This document shows, in pieces, positions 31,415-41,752 of a DNA stretch of 64,000 nucleotides (positions are counted from its first letter, which is position 1; each line of letters starts with the position of its first letter). The notes under the pieces were generated by a model that was given only the letters and a program-made list of their open reading frames with translations, had not been told where the DNA came from and made no database searches. Source of the stretch: an uncultured Collinsella sp. Lineage in GTDB: Bacteria > Actinomycetota > Coriobacteriia > Coriobacteriales > Coriobacteriaceae. The stretch is from the NCBI GenBank assembly GCA_928722055.1, contig CAKMWN010000002.1, forward strand, positions 545,437-609,436, in the 5' to 3' direction. The translations under genes were made by a program, and so were the position numbers.

Positions 31415-31553
31415 CGCACCTCGCGGCCCGCGGGACATGCGCTCACGCGCGGTCCGGGCACGAGGATGCCCCCGAGTCATCTCCCCTATACGCCATGCGG
31501 CCCCCAGGGCACGTGTATGCGATACCGGACACCGTAACGGTGGGCGCCGCCCA

Positions 31554-31675
31554 CCGGTCAGCGGCCAGAGCATGGGGGGCACGCCCGGTCCCGTTCCGAA
31601 CCCGGAAGCTAAGCCCCATCGCGCCGAGAGTACTGCGGGGTCAGCCCGTGGGAGGCCAGGGCGCCGCTGACCGGT
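31554..31675 (+). rRNA. rrf: 5S ribosomal RNA
   Basis: Helix I ccggtcagcggc/gccgctgaccgg. Conserved ccgttccgaacccggaagctaagc and gagagtactg blocks. Confidence 0.9.
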
Positions 31676-31706
31676 GGACGGCACCGAGCCGTACGCTTGA
31701 ACTGAG

Positions 31707-31737
31707 AAGGGGGAGGCCTCGCGGCCTCCCCCTTTTT
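31707..31737 (+). terminator. rRNA operon terminator
   Basis: aagggggaggcc-tcgc-ggcctccccctt followed by TTTTT. Confidence 0.8.
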
Positions 31738-31863
31738 ACGTTATATACACGTTGTACTTTGAGACCTAGTTCCCCCGTATGCGCTCTTACTGTTTGGCTG
31801 TATTTTGAGTCCTTCTAGTGTATTTGAGCGATAATTACTCGCATTGGCGTTAGGGAGGGCTTG

Positions 31864-32505
31864 ATGTTTACCGTATTTGTCTTGGGCAATATTGCTTCGG
31901 GTAAGTCGACTGCCTGCCGCTATTTCGAATCTCGTGGCGCTATGCTAATCGATCTGGATGAGCTTGCAAAATCGCTGTATGTTCCGGGCTCTGATATCGT
32001 CAATGCTCTCGCGGATGAATTCGGTTGGGACATTTTGGATGAGGATGGCGGCATTCGCCGCAACATCCTCGCTTCTCGAGCTTTTGCTTCTCCTGATTCG
32101 GTCGCACGGCTCAATGGCATTGTGCATCCCGTTCTGATTGAACAGCTTTCGCTTAGGATTCTCGATCCGGTTTGTTGTACGGTTTCATCTCCTCGTTATC
32201 GCTTTGCAGTGGTCGAGGTTTCTGCTCCGACTGGTTTTGAGGATGCATTTGGCTTGGCTGATGAAATTTTGGTCATCAGCGCCCCTTTGTCAGTTCGTCG
32301 CGAGCGCGCTATTCAACGTGGCATGGAGCCATCTGATTTCGATGCCCGTTCTGCTTGCCAGCCCGAAGAGTCTGCGCTGTGCAATCTCGCTACAACTGTG
32401 ATTGACAATGCGGCAGACGATAACTCGCTCTTTGAACAACTGGACGCATGGCTTTCGCGCCATGGGTTCGGGGATGTAGTGGATAAGGAGGAGGCCGATG
32501 CCTAA
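31864..32505 (+). CDS. coaE: Dephospho-CoA kinase
   Basis: MFTVFVLGNIASGKST P-loop N-terminus and GIVHPVL motif. ATG 31864 lies 5 nt after TAGGGAGGG. Confidence 0.8.
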   Translation: MFTVFVLGNIASGKSTACRYFESRGAMLIDLDELAKSLYVPGSDIVNALADEFGWDILDEDGGIRRNILASRAFASPDSVARLNGIVHPVLIEQLSLRILDPVCCTVSSPRYRFAVVEVSAPTGFEDAFGLADEILVISAPLSVRRERAIQRGMEPSDFDARSACQPEESALCNLATTVIDNAADDNSLFEQLDAWLSRHGFGDVVDKEEADA

Positions 32506-33079
32506 GACACGTTTCCTTACGTGGTATCGCCTTATACCGCTGGCTGCCGTTTTTGCCTTCGGCCTCATCTCATTCGTTTACTCGTATGCTCCTGCCGCTT
32601 TCTTTAAGCCGCTGTATCCGATTGACTACGAGGCGTATGTAAAGCAATCCAGTATTTCGCATAATCTGGATCCGTATCTGGTGTGCGCTGTCATTAAGTC
32701 TGAATCGAATTGGGATCCCGAGGCCGAGTCGAATCAGGGTGCTCAGGGATTGATGCAGCTGATGCCCGAGACTGCCCAGGATATGATCGCCAAGGGCCTT
32801 GTCGACGGTGGCGAGTATTCGGCCGACAACCTTAACGATCCGGCTACGAATATCGAGTTTGGCTGTGCGTATCTCTCGTATCTTCTAGCGTATTTTAACG
32901 GGTCGACTGACAGTGCCATTGCCGCCTATAACGCCGGCATGGGCAATGTCGACGGATGGGCGCAGCAGAGTACGTCGCTTCATAATGCAATCACCTTTCC
33001 CGAGACGCAGGCGTATCTGATTCGTGTCAATAATGCCTGGGTTCGCTACAAGACCCTCTATCCCGATCGGTTCGTATAG
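32498..33079 (+). CDS. Lytic transglycosylase (SLT domain), membrane-anchored
   Basis: N-terminal TM segment. SLT motifs VIKSESNWDP...GAQGLMQLMPETA...AAYNAG. Overlaps the coaE end by 8 nt. Confidence 0.8.
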   Translation: MPKTRFLTWYRLIPLAAVFAFGLISFVYSYAPAAFFKPLYPIDYEAYVKQSSISHNLDPYLVCAVIKSESNWDPEAESNQGAQGLMQLMPETAQDMIAKGLVDGGEYSADNLNDPATNIEFGCAYLSYLLAYFNGSTDSAIAAYNAGMGNVDGWAQQSTSLHNAITFPETQAYLIRVNNAWVRYKTLYPDRFV

Positions 33080-33130
33080 GACTATGCCTGCCGCCTGCGT
33101 ATACTGCAGATATATGAGTTAGGAGTATCC

Positions 33131-35371
33131 ATGGCGGAATTTGAAGTAGAACGCGTTGGTGGTGAACTTAAGCGCTTTGGCGTTGAAGGCTCTGACGTGC
33201 CGTTTAAGGTCGTGTCTCCCTATGAGCCTGCCGGTTCCCAGCCTAAGGCCATTGAGTCGCTTGTTCAGGGCGTGAGGGACGGAGACCGCTATCAGGTTTT
33301 GTTGGGCGTGACTGGTTCGGGCAAGACCTTCACGATGGCAAAGACTATTGAGGCCCTGGGAAAGCCGACGCTGGTCATGGCTCCGAATAAAACGCTCGCC
33401 GCTCAGCTTGCGAGCGAGCTCAAAGAGTTCTTTCCCAACAACGCTGTGGTCTACTTCGTCTCGTACTACGACTACTATCAGCCCGAGGCGTATGTGCCGC
33501 AAAGCGATACATATATCGAGAAAGACTCCTCGATTAACGAAGAGGTTGAGATGCTGCGACATCAGGCGACCGCATCGCTGCTCTCTCGACGCGATGTGAT
33601 CGTTGTCGCATCGGTCTCGTGTATCTATGGCATTGGCTCTCCTGAGGACTATGCGGGTCTGGCTCCAAACGTCGACAAGAAGGTGCCGCTCGAGCGCGAT
33701 GACTTTATCCATGCACTTATCGACATTCAATATGATCGCAATGACTATGACCTTGCACGCGGCACGTTCCGCGTGCGCGGCGATGTTGTCGACGTGTATC
33801 CGCCTTATGCCGAGCATCCGTTGCGGTTTGAGTTCTTTGGCGACGAGGTCGAGCTGATTGCCGAGATCGATGAGGTCACCGGTGAAATGCTGCGTGAGTA
33901 CGAGGCCATCCCCGTATGGCCGGCATCGCACTACGTGACCGAGAAGCCGAAGGTCAAGGCGGCTCTGAAATCGATCAGCGAAGAGTGCGAGAAGCGCGTG
34001 GCGGAGCTCAAGGCGACCGACAGGTTGCTCGAGGCGCAGCGTCTGCAGCAGCGCACCGATTATGATCTTGAGATGCTCGAGACGATGGGCTTTTGCAACG
34101 GCATCGAGAACTACTCGCGTCATCTGGACGGTCGCAAGCCGGGTGAGCCGCCGTTTACCCTAATCGATTACTTTCCCAAGGATATGCTCTGCATCATCGA
34201 TGAGAGCCATGTGACGGTGCCGCAGATTCGCGGCATGCACGAAGGTGACCGCTCGCGTAAGGTGACGCTGGTGGAACACGGTTTTCGCCTGCCCTCGGCG
34301 CTCGATAACCGCCCGCTTCGTTTCGATGAGTTTGAGGCAAGGATACCCCAGTTTATCTATGTTTCGGCCACGCCGGGCGATTACGAGCTGCGGGTGAGCC
34401 AAAACGACGTGGAGCAGATTATTCGTCCGACCGGTCTGCTCGATCCCAAGATCGATGTGCGTCCGGTTCGCGGTCAGATTGACGATCTTGAGGACGAGAT
34501 TCGCGAGCGCGTTGCCCGCAAGGAGCGCGTGCTGGTGACCACGTTGACCAAGCGCATGGCCGAGGACCTGACCGACCATCTGCTTGATGCGGGCATTAAG
34601 GTCAATTACATGCATTCTGATACGGCGACAATGGACCGTGTCGAGATCCTGCGAACGCTGCGCGAGGGCAAGATCGATGTTCTCGTTGGCATCAACCTGC
34701 TTCGCGAGGGCTTGGATCTTCCCGAGGTCTCACTGGTGGCAATTCTCGATGCCGATAAGGAAGGCTTCTTGCGCAACCGCCGTTCGCTGATTCAGACGAT
34801 TGGCCGTGCGGCCCGTAACGCCGATGGCGAAGTCATCATGTATGCAGACGTTGTGACCGATTCGATGAAAGAGGCCATCGAGGAGACGCAGCGCCGTCGC
34901 GAGATTCAGATGGCATATAACGAAGAGCATGGCATTGTGCCCAAGACAGTGCGCAAGGCCATCAACGACATCTCAAGTTTTATTGCCGAGGCCGAAAAAA
35001 CCGTGGGTTCCAAGGGGCGCTCGAAGGGCGACTCCCTTGGCCATGGCGCATTCTATACGCCCGATGAGTCGGGCGAGGGCGGCGTGCCGGAAACGGTGGC
35101 ACCCGAGCAGACACTTGCGGAGCAGTTGGAAGAACTGCCGCATGACGAGCTTGTGCGGATCGTCGAAACCATGGAAGAGGATATGCGCAACGCTTCTGCC
35201 GCCATGGACTTTGAGGAGGCGGCGCGCCTGCGCGATGCCGTCGTTCAGATTCGGGCGATGCTCGAGGGCGCGTCTGAGGACGAGACGATCGAGCGCTTAC
35301 GTTCGCAGGCCCGCAAGGGTTCCACGTTCGCATCGGGCAGAAAACGCCAGGGTGCACGGTTTAAGAAATAG
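33131..35371 (+). CDS. uvrB: Excinuclease ABC subunit B
   Basis: 746 aa with [14 protein letters not shown], the YVSATPG helicase core and a C-terminal UVR motif ([10 protein letters not shown]). Confidence 0.95.
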   Translation: MAEFEVERVGGELKRFGVEGSDVPFKVVSPYEPAGSQPKAIESLVQGVRDGDRYQVLLGVTGSGKTFTMAKTIEALGKPTLVMAPNKTLAAQLASELKEFFPNNAVVYFVSYYDYYQPEAYVPQSDTYIEKDSSINEEVEMLRHQATASLLSRRDVIVVASVSCIYGIGSPEDYAGLAPNVDKKVPLERDDFIHALIDIQYDRNDYDLARGTFRVRGDVVDVYPPYAEHPLRFEFFGDEVELIAEIDEVTGEMLREYEAIPVWPASHYVTEKPKVKAALKSISEECEKRVAELKATDRLLEAQRLQQRTDYDLEMLETMGFCNGIENYSRHLDGRKPGEPPFTLIDYFPKDMLCIIDESHVTVPQIRGMHEGDRSRKVTLVEHGFRLPSALDNRPLRFDEFEARIPQFIYVSATPGDYELRVSQNDVEQIIRPTGLLDPKIDVRPVRGQIDDLEDEIRERVARKERVLVTTLTKRMAEDLTDHLLDAGIKVNYMHSDTATMDRVEILRTLREGKIDVLVGINLLREGLDLPEVSLVAILDADKEGFLRNRRSLIQTIGRAARNADGEVIMYADVVTDSMKEAIEETQRRREIQMAYNEEHGIVPKTVRKAINDISSFIAEAEKTVGSKGRSKGDSLGHGAFYTPDESGEGGVPETVAPEQTLAEQLEELPHDELVRIVETMEEDMRNASAAMDFEEAARLRDAVVQIRAMLEGASEDETIERLRSQARKGSTFASGRKRQGARFKK

Positions 35372-35374
35372 CGA

Positions 35375-35417
35375 ACAGGCCCCGAGTTCCCTGTGGAGCT
35401 CGGGGCCTGTGTCTTTT
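35375..35417. terminator. Bidirectional terminator between convergent uvrB and the FAD-protein gene
   Basis: acaggccccgag...ctcggggcctgt hairpin. GTCTTTTG follows on the plus strand, and a T-rich stretch follows on the minus strand. Confidence 0.65.
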
Positions 35418-35436
35418 GCGCGCTGGAATTCGTGCG

Positions 35437-37077
35437 CTAGAGGTCTGCGATCAGGGCTTCGGCACAACGGATGCCGTCGGTGGCCGCGCTCATGATGCCG
35501 CCAGCATATCCAGCTCCCTCACCACAAGGGTAGAGGCCCGGGGTCGACACGGCATGGCACGTTCGGTCTCGGGTGACAGTGACAGGTGAGCTCGAACGAG
35601 TCTCCACGCCGGTAAGAACGGCATCGGGACGGTCGTAGCCTCGTAGCTTTTTTCCGAGTAGGGGAAGTCCCAGGCGGAGCGACTCGACGATATGCTGCGG
35701 CAGGGCTTCGTCAATTGCCGTCCAGGTCACACCGAGCGGATAGGTGGGCTTTACCTTTCCGGGCGCCTTGCTGGCGCGTCCTGCGAGGAAATCTCCGACG
35801 AGTTGTGCCGGTGCGTTCCAGTTGGAACCGCCCAGGCGATAGGCGGCCGCCTCGCAGGCACGCTGGAGCTCGATGCCGGCGAGCGGGTCATCGTTGGGAA
35901 GGTCCTCAGGCGTGACGTTAACGAGCAAGGCGGCATTTGCGTTGCGTCCGTCGCGGGCATTGAGGCTAGCGCCGTTGACGCACAGGTGGCCCTGCTCGGA
36001 AGAGGCGGCGACAACCTGTCCGCCGGGGCACATGCAAAACGAGAACACGCTGCGGCCGTTGGGAAGATGGGCGACGAGCTTGTAGGGGGCTGCTCCGAGG
36101 GCAGGATGTCCCGCCAAGGCTCCATATTGGGCTCGGTCGATGTCGCGCTGCGGATGCTCGATGCGAACGCCCATGGCAAAGGTCTTTTGTGCGAGGGCCA
36201 CGTTGTGGTCCTTAAGGAGCTCAAAAATATCGCGAGCAGAATGCCCGCAGGCGAGGATGAGGTGCTTTGTCTCGATTGGCTCGCAAGCGGCGTCTTGGGA
36301 CGATTGGACATCAATACCGGTAATGGCGCCAGACGCGTAGATGTGAATGTCGACGAGCTTTGTTCGATAACGGACGACACCTCCGAGCTGCTCGATGCGC
36401 TGGGATATAGCGGTGACAACCGTGGGAAGGATGTCGGAGCCAATGTGCGGCTTGGCATCCCACAGAATATCGCGGGGCGCGCCCGCCTCGACGAAGGTTT
36501 CGAGGATAAGGCGATGGGCGGGATTTTTGGTTCCCGTATTGAGCTTGCCGTCCGAGAAGGTCCCCGCGCCGCCTAGGCCAAACTGGATATTGCTCTCGGG
36601 GTCGAGAATGCGCTCCTTTAGAAAGAGATCGATCGCATGCGAGCGGCGAAATGCTGGGTCGCCGCGCTCGATAAGCAAGGGCTTAAGACCTGCTTTGGCG
36701 AGCGTGAGCGCAGCGAAAAGGCCGGCGCATCCGGCGCCGACAACGACAGGGCGTTCTTGAGGTGCGTCGGAGACGGGGGAGGGGAATGAAGGCTCATCGT
36801 CTTCTATCGCGCGTACGCGCGAGCGGTCACGCTCGGCAACGCTGTCGACCGCTTCTCGCTCGAGGTGGGGACTAGTCAGCTCAACACGAAAGCTCAGGAT
36901 AAAATGGACGTCTCGTTTTTTGCGAGCGTCGATTGACTTGCGGTGGAGTTCGATGGACTTGATCTCGGAGTCCTTGCAACGTAGGATGCGCTTGGCGACT
37001 CGCTTGCCAACAATGAGGCAGGCATTTTCATCGCCGGCTTCATCGAGCGACGCGTTGACTTGGGTGATTTCGATCAT
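35437..37077 (-). CDS. FAD-dependent protein (COG2509-like NAD(FAD)-utilising dehydrogenase)
   Basis: Start MIEITQV after TAAGGAGA. VVVGAGCAGLFAALTLAKAG dinucleotide fold and a GAGTFSDGKLNTG motif. Confidence 0.7.
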   Translation of the reverse strand: MIEITQVNASLDEAGDENACLIVGKRVAKRILRCKDSEIKSIELHRKSIDARKKRDVHFILSFRVELTSPHLEREAVDSVAERDRSRVRAIEDDEPSFPSPVSDAPQERPVVVGAGCAGLFAALTLAKAGLKPLLIERGDPAFRRSHAIDLFLKERILDPESNIQFGLGGAGTFSDGKLNTGTKNPAHRLILETFVEAGAPRDILWDAKPHIGSDILPTVVTAISQRIEQLGGVVRYRTKLVDIHIYASGAITGIDVQSSQDAACEPIETKHLILACGHSARDIFELLKDHNVALAQKTFAMGVRIEHPQRDIDRAQYGALAGHPALGAAPYKLVAHLPNGRSVFSFCMCPGGQVVAASSEQGHLCVNGASLNARDGRNANAALLVNVTPEDLPNDDPLAGIELQRACEAAAYRLGGSNWNAPAQLVGDFLAGRASKAPGKVKPTYPLGVTWTAIDEALPQHIVESLRLGLPLLGKKLRGYDRPDAVLTGVETRSSSPVTVTRDRTCHAVSTPGLYPCGEGAGYAGGIMSAATDGIRCAEALIADL

Positions 37078-37093
37078 CGAGGTCTCCTTAGAG

Positions 37094-37128
37094 GCAAGAA
37101 AGAGGCCGTCCGGTATTCCAGACGGCCC
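37094..37128 (-). terminator. Hairpin plus U-tract between the two FAD-protein genes
   Basis: On the minus strand ggccgtctgg-aata-ccggacggcc is followed by TCTTTCTT, which ends only a few nt before the SD of the downstream gene. Confidence 0.5.
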
Positions 37129-37157
37129 GAATGCGTTTTTGATTATAGACTGCGCGG

Positions 37158-38429
37158 CTACAAGCTGCTTGCAGCGCGAATGCCCGAGAGCCAGGCCCAC
37201 GCAAGGTTAAAGCCTCCGCAATCGGCGTCGATGTCGAGTGCTTCGCCGCAGACGTAAAGCGGGGCGTCGACAACGCAGCGCGCGCGTAGACTGGGTGTTG
37301 AGATGCTCTCGACAGATACGCCACCACGCGTGACTTGCGCCGAGCGCTCCTCGGCTGTTCCCTCGACGAGCAACTTAAAGTGCTTGAGAATCGAGACCAG
37401 GTGGATGACATCGTTGGAGCCTGGATGGCACTGCTCGAACGCCGTACAGACGACGCGGGAGAGTTGCGGGGCGAGCATGCCGTCGAGCCAACGGGGATCG
37501 CGGGGCGAAAAGCCGCCGAGCAGCTTAACGCGCCGGTTGAGCATATCGAGCAACTCGTCTTTAGAGAGGTCGGGGAAAACGTCGAGCAGGATCGTATCGC
37601 CGCGCTGGATACGACGGGAGAGGTTGAAGACAGCGACGCCCGAGATGCCGAAGGTTCGAAACAGTACTTCACCGTCTTCGTGCCAGAGCTCACTATGGTT
37701 ACGGGTGAGCGTCAAGCGGGCGCGGACGCGCAGACCATCCAACGTCTTGAGTGCTGCCCGATCGCCGACGACCGTTGCCGATACGGGGCAGAGGATGGGG
37801 CGCAGCGAAGTGAGGGGGAGGCGAAACGTATCGGCGATACCGGTGGGGTTGCCGCCCGTGGCGATAATTACGGCATGCGCCTGCAGGGCCTCGTTCTTGC
37901 GAGGGACATCGGCGAGTGCCTTCCGAAGCGAGCGGAGCTCCGATTTTCGGTCGTCGTGCTTTTTTGCCTTGAGCGCCCGCGCAGGACGGTCTATTTGGAG
38001 TGCCCAGCCTTCGGAAACTTTGTGCGCCGAGGCAACGTTGGCTCCGCAGATTAAGGTGATACCTAGGCGGTCGCAAACGTTGAGAAGCGCGTCGCGCACC
38101 GATTCTGCGCGAAGGGAGCGCGGGTACAGCCGGCCTTCCTCGGAGGTTGTCATGATGCCCAGCGAGGAGAAGAAACCCATAAGCTCTTGTTCGGGTTGGG
38201 GGCCCATGACGGATTCGACGAATGCGGGGTGGTTATACCGCTGAGGATCAATCGATTCGTTGGAGAGGTTGCAGCGGCCGTTACCGGTCGCAAGGAGCTT
38301 AAGGCCACAGGCGACATCGCGCTCAACGATGCAGACGCTTTTGCCAGCGCGTGCGGCCGTAATGGCAGCGGCGAGGCCTGAAGCCCCGCCGCCGATTACC
38401 AGGACGTCATAGAAGGCGCTCGCGTTCAC
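37158..38429 (-). CDS. HI0933-family NAD(P)/FAD-dependent oxidoreductase
   Basis: YDVLVIGGGASGLAAAITAARAG...LATGNGRCNLSN, a typical HI0933-like N-terminus. Confidence 0.75.
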   Translation of the reverse strand: MNASAFYDVLVIGGGASGLAAAITAARAGKSVCIVERDVACGLKLLATGNGRCNLSNESIDPQRYNHPAFVESVMGPQPEQELMGFFSSLGIMTTSEEGRLYPRSLRAESVRDALLNVCDRLGITLICGANVASAHKVSEGWALQIDRPARALKAKKHDDRKSELRSLRKALADVPRKNEALQAHAVIIATGGNPTGIADTFRLPLTSLRPILCPVSATVVGDRAALKTLDGLRVRARLTLTRNHSELWHEDGEVLFRTFGISGVAVFNLSRRIQRGDTILLDVFPDLSKDELLDMLNRRVKLLGGFSPRDPRWLDGMLAPQLSRVVCTAFEQCHPGSNDVIHLVSILKHFKLLVEGTAEERSAQVTRGGVSVESISTPSLRARCVVDAPLYVCGEALDIDADCGGFNLAWAWLSGIRAASSL

Positions 38430-39260
38430 TTAGGCCTCGTCGGTCTCGTGCGGGGTAATGGCCTCGACGGCAGAGACTGCCTTGGGCAACATGTCATCGG
38501 GCAGCGCGGTCTCGACCTCGCCCTTATCGCAGGCCTCGGCGAGTGCCGGATTAATGGGAAGCTGGCCCAAGATGTCAAGGTTATAGCGATCTGCGACCTC
38601 GGGGAGCTTGCTCTTGCCAAAGACCTCAATCTTCTTGCCGCAGTCGGGGCACTCAATATAGCTCATGTTCTCGACAATGCCCAGAATGGGGACGTTCATC
38701 TTCTCGGCCATGTTGACCGCCTTGGCGACGATCATCGAGACCAGATCCTGCGGGCTCGTGACGATGACGATGCCGTCGACGGGCAGTGACTGGAAGACGG
38801 TGAGAGCGACGTCGCCTGTTCCCGGAGGCATGTCGACCAACAGGTAGTCGATGGGGCCCCACGAGGTCTCGCTCCAGAACTGCCTAATGGCGCCTGCGAT
38901 GACCGGACCGCGCCAAAGGACGGGGTCGGTCTCGTTTTGGAGCAGCAGGTTGGAGCTCATGACCTTGACGCCGTGCTCGGAGATTTCGGGCAGCATAAGG
39001 TTGCCAAGGGCATGGACGTGGCGTCCACTCATACCGAACATCTTGGGGATAGAGGGACCGGTAATGTCGGCATCGAGGACGCCGACCTTGTGGCCGTGAC
39101 GGGCAAGCTCGGTGGCGATGGCACCGGTGACAAACGACTTGCCGACACCGCCCTTGCCGGAAAGCACGGCGATGACGCGTTTGACCTCGGACAGCGTGTT
39201 CTCCTCAAATTGCGACGGCGACGTTTGTCCGCCGGCGGCCTGTGCGTGCTCGCAACCCAT
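38430..39260 (-). CDS. Mrp/NBP35 (ApbC) family Fe-S cluster carrier ATPase
   Basis: Start MGCEHAQ after AAAGGAG. Deviant Walker A SGKGGVGKS and a CPDCGK Cys motif. Its stop abuts the next gene's start. Confidence 0.85.
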   Translation of the reverse strand: MGCEHAQAAGGQTSPSQFEENTLSEVKRVIAVLSGKGGVGKSFVTGAIATELARHGHKVGVLDADITGPSIPKMFGMSGRHVHALGNLMLPEISEHGVKVMSSNLLLQNETDPVLWRGPVIAGAIRQFWSETSWGPIDYLLVDMPPGTGDVALTVFQSLPVDGIVIVTSPQDLVSMIVAKAVNMAEKMNVPILGIVENMSYIECPDCGKKIEVFGKSKLPEVADRYNLDILGQLPINPALAEACDKGEVETALPDDMLPKAVSAVEAITPHETDEA

Positions 39261-39405
39261 GTATGACTCCTTTGTATATGTTGGGGCCGGGGCCCCGTGG
39301 TGTGACACGAGCGTCATTGTACCCTCGTTTGCGAGCGGGAGTCATTTGCGATGCATTTGGGCCGAGCGTGCTTGCAATACGATGGGTCCAAGCGAATGGG
39401 CGGGC

Positions 39406-41559
39406 TTACTGAACTTTGCTGGCGAACTCGAGGTATTGCATGCGCTGCAGCTTGTCGATCGTCGAGGCGTATGGGCTGTCTTCAGATTCCAAGTCGTAGC
39501 GCAGCCCGTCGGCACCAAGGTAGCCGGCGACATTGATGGTGGGCACATCTGACCTTGTTGCAAGCAGAGCCTTTTGATAGTCGGTGAGCGGGGCGCCGAT
39601 CTTATTAAGGGTAATGGCTGCAATCTCGTTTGCCCCGACGGTGTCGTAGACGTTGAGCTCGGTATTGCCGGCGATTTCATAGTTAGCCCAGACGAAATAT
39701 GTCGACTGATAGATACGGAAAGCGTGGCTTGCCGTATCTTCCTGAGGGTACAGCTCGTCGTTGAGAGTCGTTGCGGCGCTCGGCTGATGGTCGCCAAAAA
39801 AGACAAGGACAACCGGTCTGCCGATATTGCGGAGCTCGTTGATAAAGTACTCGAGGTCCCGGTCGGATGCGTTGATGCAGGTAAGATAGGTGTTGAGCGC
39901 GCTATTGGCACCCTCGCTGGCTCCCTCGACCCAATAGTTTGTCAGCTCCTCGGCGGGAACGGTGCCATAGTCGTAGCCGCCGTGATTTTGCATCGTGACG
40001 TCAAAGATGAACTGTGGGGCTTCGTCGGTTCTAAGCAGGTCGAGTATCTTGTCGTAGGTGGCGTAGTCGCATACGCCGGCATGGTAACAGGGCGCACCTT
40101 CGAAATTGCCGATTGAAAGAAAGTCTCCAAAGCCCAGCTGCTGATAGATTTTATCTCGATGGTAGTTGACGGGGTTTTGCGGGTGCATAGCCGTAACGGT
40201 ATACCCAAGCTCTTTAAGGTCCTTTGCCAGGCTGTTGACGCCATTCATCTGATACAGCTGATAGGGGATTTTGCCCAATCCGACAAAGGCCGTTGTCGCT
40301 CCGGTTAAAAATTCGAATTCGGAGTTCGCCGTTCCGCCACCGGCGACCGAAGCGAGCATGGTGCCGCGAACAAGTGTGTCGGGAAGCGAGTTGTAGAATG
40401 CGGGGCCGGTGTACCCGGCCGCCTGGAGCTGCTCAAAGCACGAAAGGTCGCTAAAACTCTCGTTCATGACGGCAACAATCGTCGGCTTGATTTCATTGAA
40501 CTGGGCAACGGCCGCCGCGCGCTGCTCGCTCGAGCCATACGTGCTGTCGTAGGTGGCGGCGAGCTCCTGCTCGATGCTCTGCGCCTCATCGGGCGTATAG
40601 TCTTCGGGTTTCTCAATGGGCAACTCGTTGACCATTTCGGTGAACGAAGTGATAAAACCCTGAGACGCATACGTGGTGATGGGCTGCCAACGGTCAAATC
40701 CAAAATTCAGCGCCTGCTCCAAGTCGATGCTGGAAAAGCCCGAGAGCCCCACAACGGTCACTAGCAGAAAAGCGCAGAGGTTGGCGGCGATTGCGGGGAA
40801 GACATGGGTGGGCGTACGGAGCTTTCTCGGTCGGATAAGCGAAAGAAGCCCCAGGGAAATCTCCAGCAGGGCGAGAGAGGTTACGATTCCGGCGGTAAAG
40901 GTAAACTCGTATCCCTCGCTCACCTCCATTGCGGTGCCAAGGGCCAAGATATCGCTTGGCAGGATGGCCTCGCCTTTAAACGTTATGACGAAGTGCTCGG
41001 CAATGCCAAGGATGCAACAGGCGACGGGCACGAGGGCCATGACGCCTCCATGACGCTGTCCCAGCAAATAAAGGGAGAGCAGAACCGTCGCGAGCAGCCC
41101 GACGGAAAACCCGAATGAGTTGGCGGGAATGCGATAGAACGTTTCGTTACAGGCAATTTCGAGTGAAACGAACGAGAGCGCTGAAACAGCGGCGATGACA
41201 AGGATGTCACGGCAAATACAGGCAACCGTTCCCGTCGCAAGATCGGTTTGGTCGATAAGTCCCGAAACCAAGGGTTCGACAAGAAGTATGACGGCGGCAG
41301 CACCGAGCGCCGAATAAGAAAGGACCCATAGGGAACTGTCCTCATTTACGAGCAATTGATTCGTAATCCATGCAGCTACCACGCCGAGCGGGATGAGGAG
41401 CGTCGCGCACCAAAAGACGCGGGCAATGGGCGGCTTTTCATTGTGTTTGATTGAAAAATACACGCGCACGACGACGGTGGCCACGATAAGGACGGCGATG
41501 AATATGGGCAGATTGGCCATGTCGCTCGAAGTGATTTCAAGGGGGATATCTTCGGTCAT
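39406..41559 (-). CDS. LTA synthase / sulfatase-family membrane protein (LtaS/MdoB-like)
   Basis: Multi-TM N-terminal half plus an extracytoplasmic sulfatase-like domain. Start MTEDIPLE chosen by its SD (AGAGGAAC). Confidence 0.7.
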   Translation of the reverse strand: MTEDIPLEITSSDMANLPIFIAVLIVATVVVRVYFSIKHNEKPPIARVFWCATLLIPLGVVAAWITNQLLVNEDSSLWVLSYSALGAAAVILLVEPLVSGLIDQTDLATGTVACICRDILVIAAVSALSFVSLEIACNETFYRIPANSFGFSVGLLATVLLSLYLLGQRHGGVMALVPVACCILGIAEHFVITFKGEAILPSDILALGTAMEVSEGYEFTFTAGIVTSLALLEISLGLLSLIRPRKLRTPTHVFPAIAANLCAFLLVTVVGLSGFSSIDLEQALNFGFDRWQPITTYASQGFITSFTEMVNELPIEKPEDYTPDEAQSIEQELAATYDSTYGSSEQRAAAVAQFNEIKPTIVAVMNESFSDLSCFEQLQAAGYTGPAFYNSLPDTLVRGTMLASVAGGGTANSEFEFLTGATTAFVGLGKIPYQLYQMNGVNSLAKDLKELGYTVTAMHPQNPVNYHRDKIYQQLGFGDFLSIGNFEGAPCYHAGVCDYATYDKILDLLRTDEAPQFIFDVTMQNHGGYDYGTVPAEELTNYWVEGASEGANSALNTYLTCINASDRDLEYFINELRNIGRPVVLVFFGDHQPSAATTLNDELYPQEDTASHAFRIYQSTYFVWANYEIAGNTELNVYDTVGANEIAAITLNKIGAPLTDYQKALLATRSDVPTINVAGYLGADGLRYDLESEDSPYASTIDKLQRMQYLEFASKVQ

Positions 41560-41677
41560 GGACGTTCCTCTGTTACAGCAAATTAAGTTCAGTATTAGGT
41601 TACTGTAACCTTTCCACGGCATTTCGAGAAACGAAGCACCCGATACGCAAAGCTAAAGGTCTGCGAATCTTGTATTA

Positions 41678-41691
41678 CGAACATCTGTGCG
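41678..41691. promoter_or_regulatory. Candidate LexA (Cheo-type) SOS box upstream of uvrA
   Basis: CGAACATCTGTGCG compared with the Gram-positive consensus CGAAC-N4-GTTCG (one half-site mismatch), 62 nt upstream of the uvrA ATG. Confidence 0.3.
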
Positions 41692-41752
41692 CGTCGAGTG
41701 CGCTAAACTCATCGGCAGTATGATTCGATGCAATAGGAGGCAAGGAGCTTCC

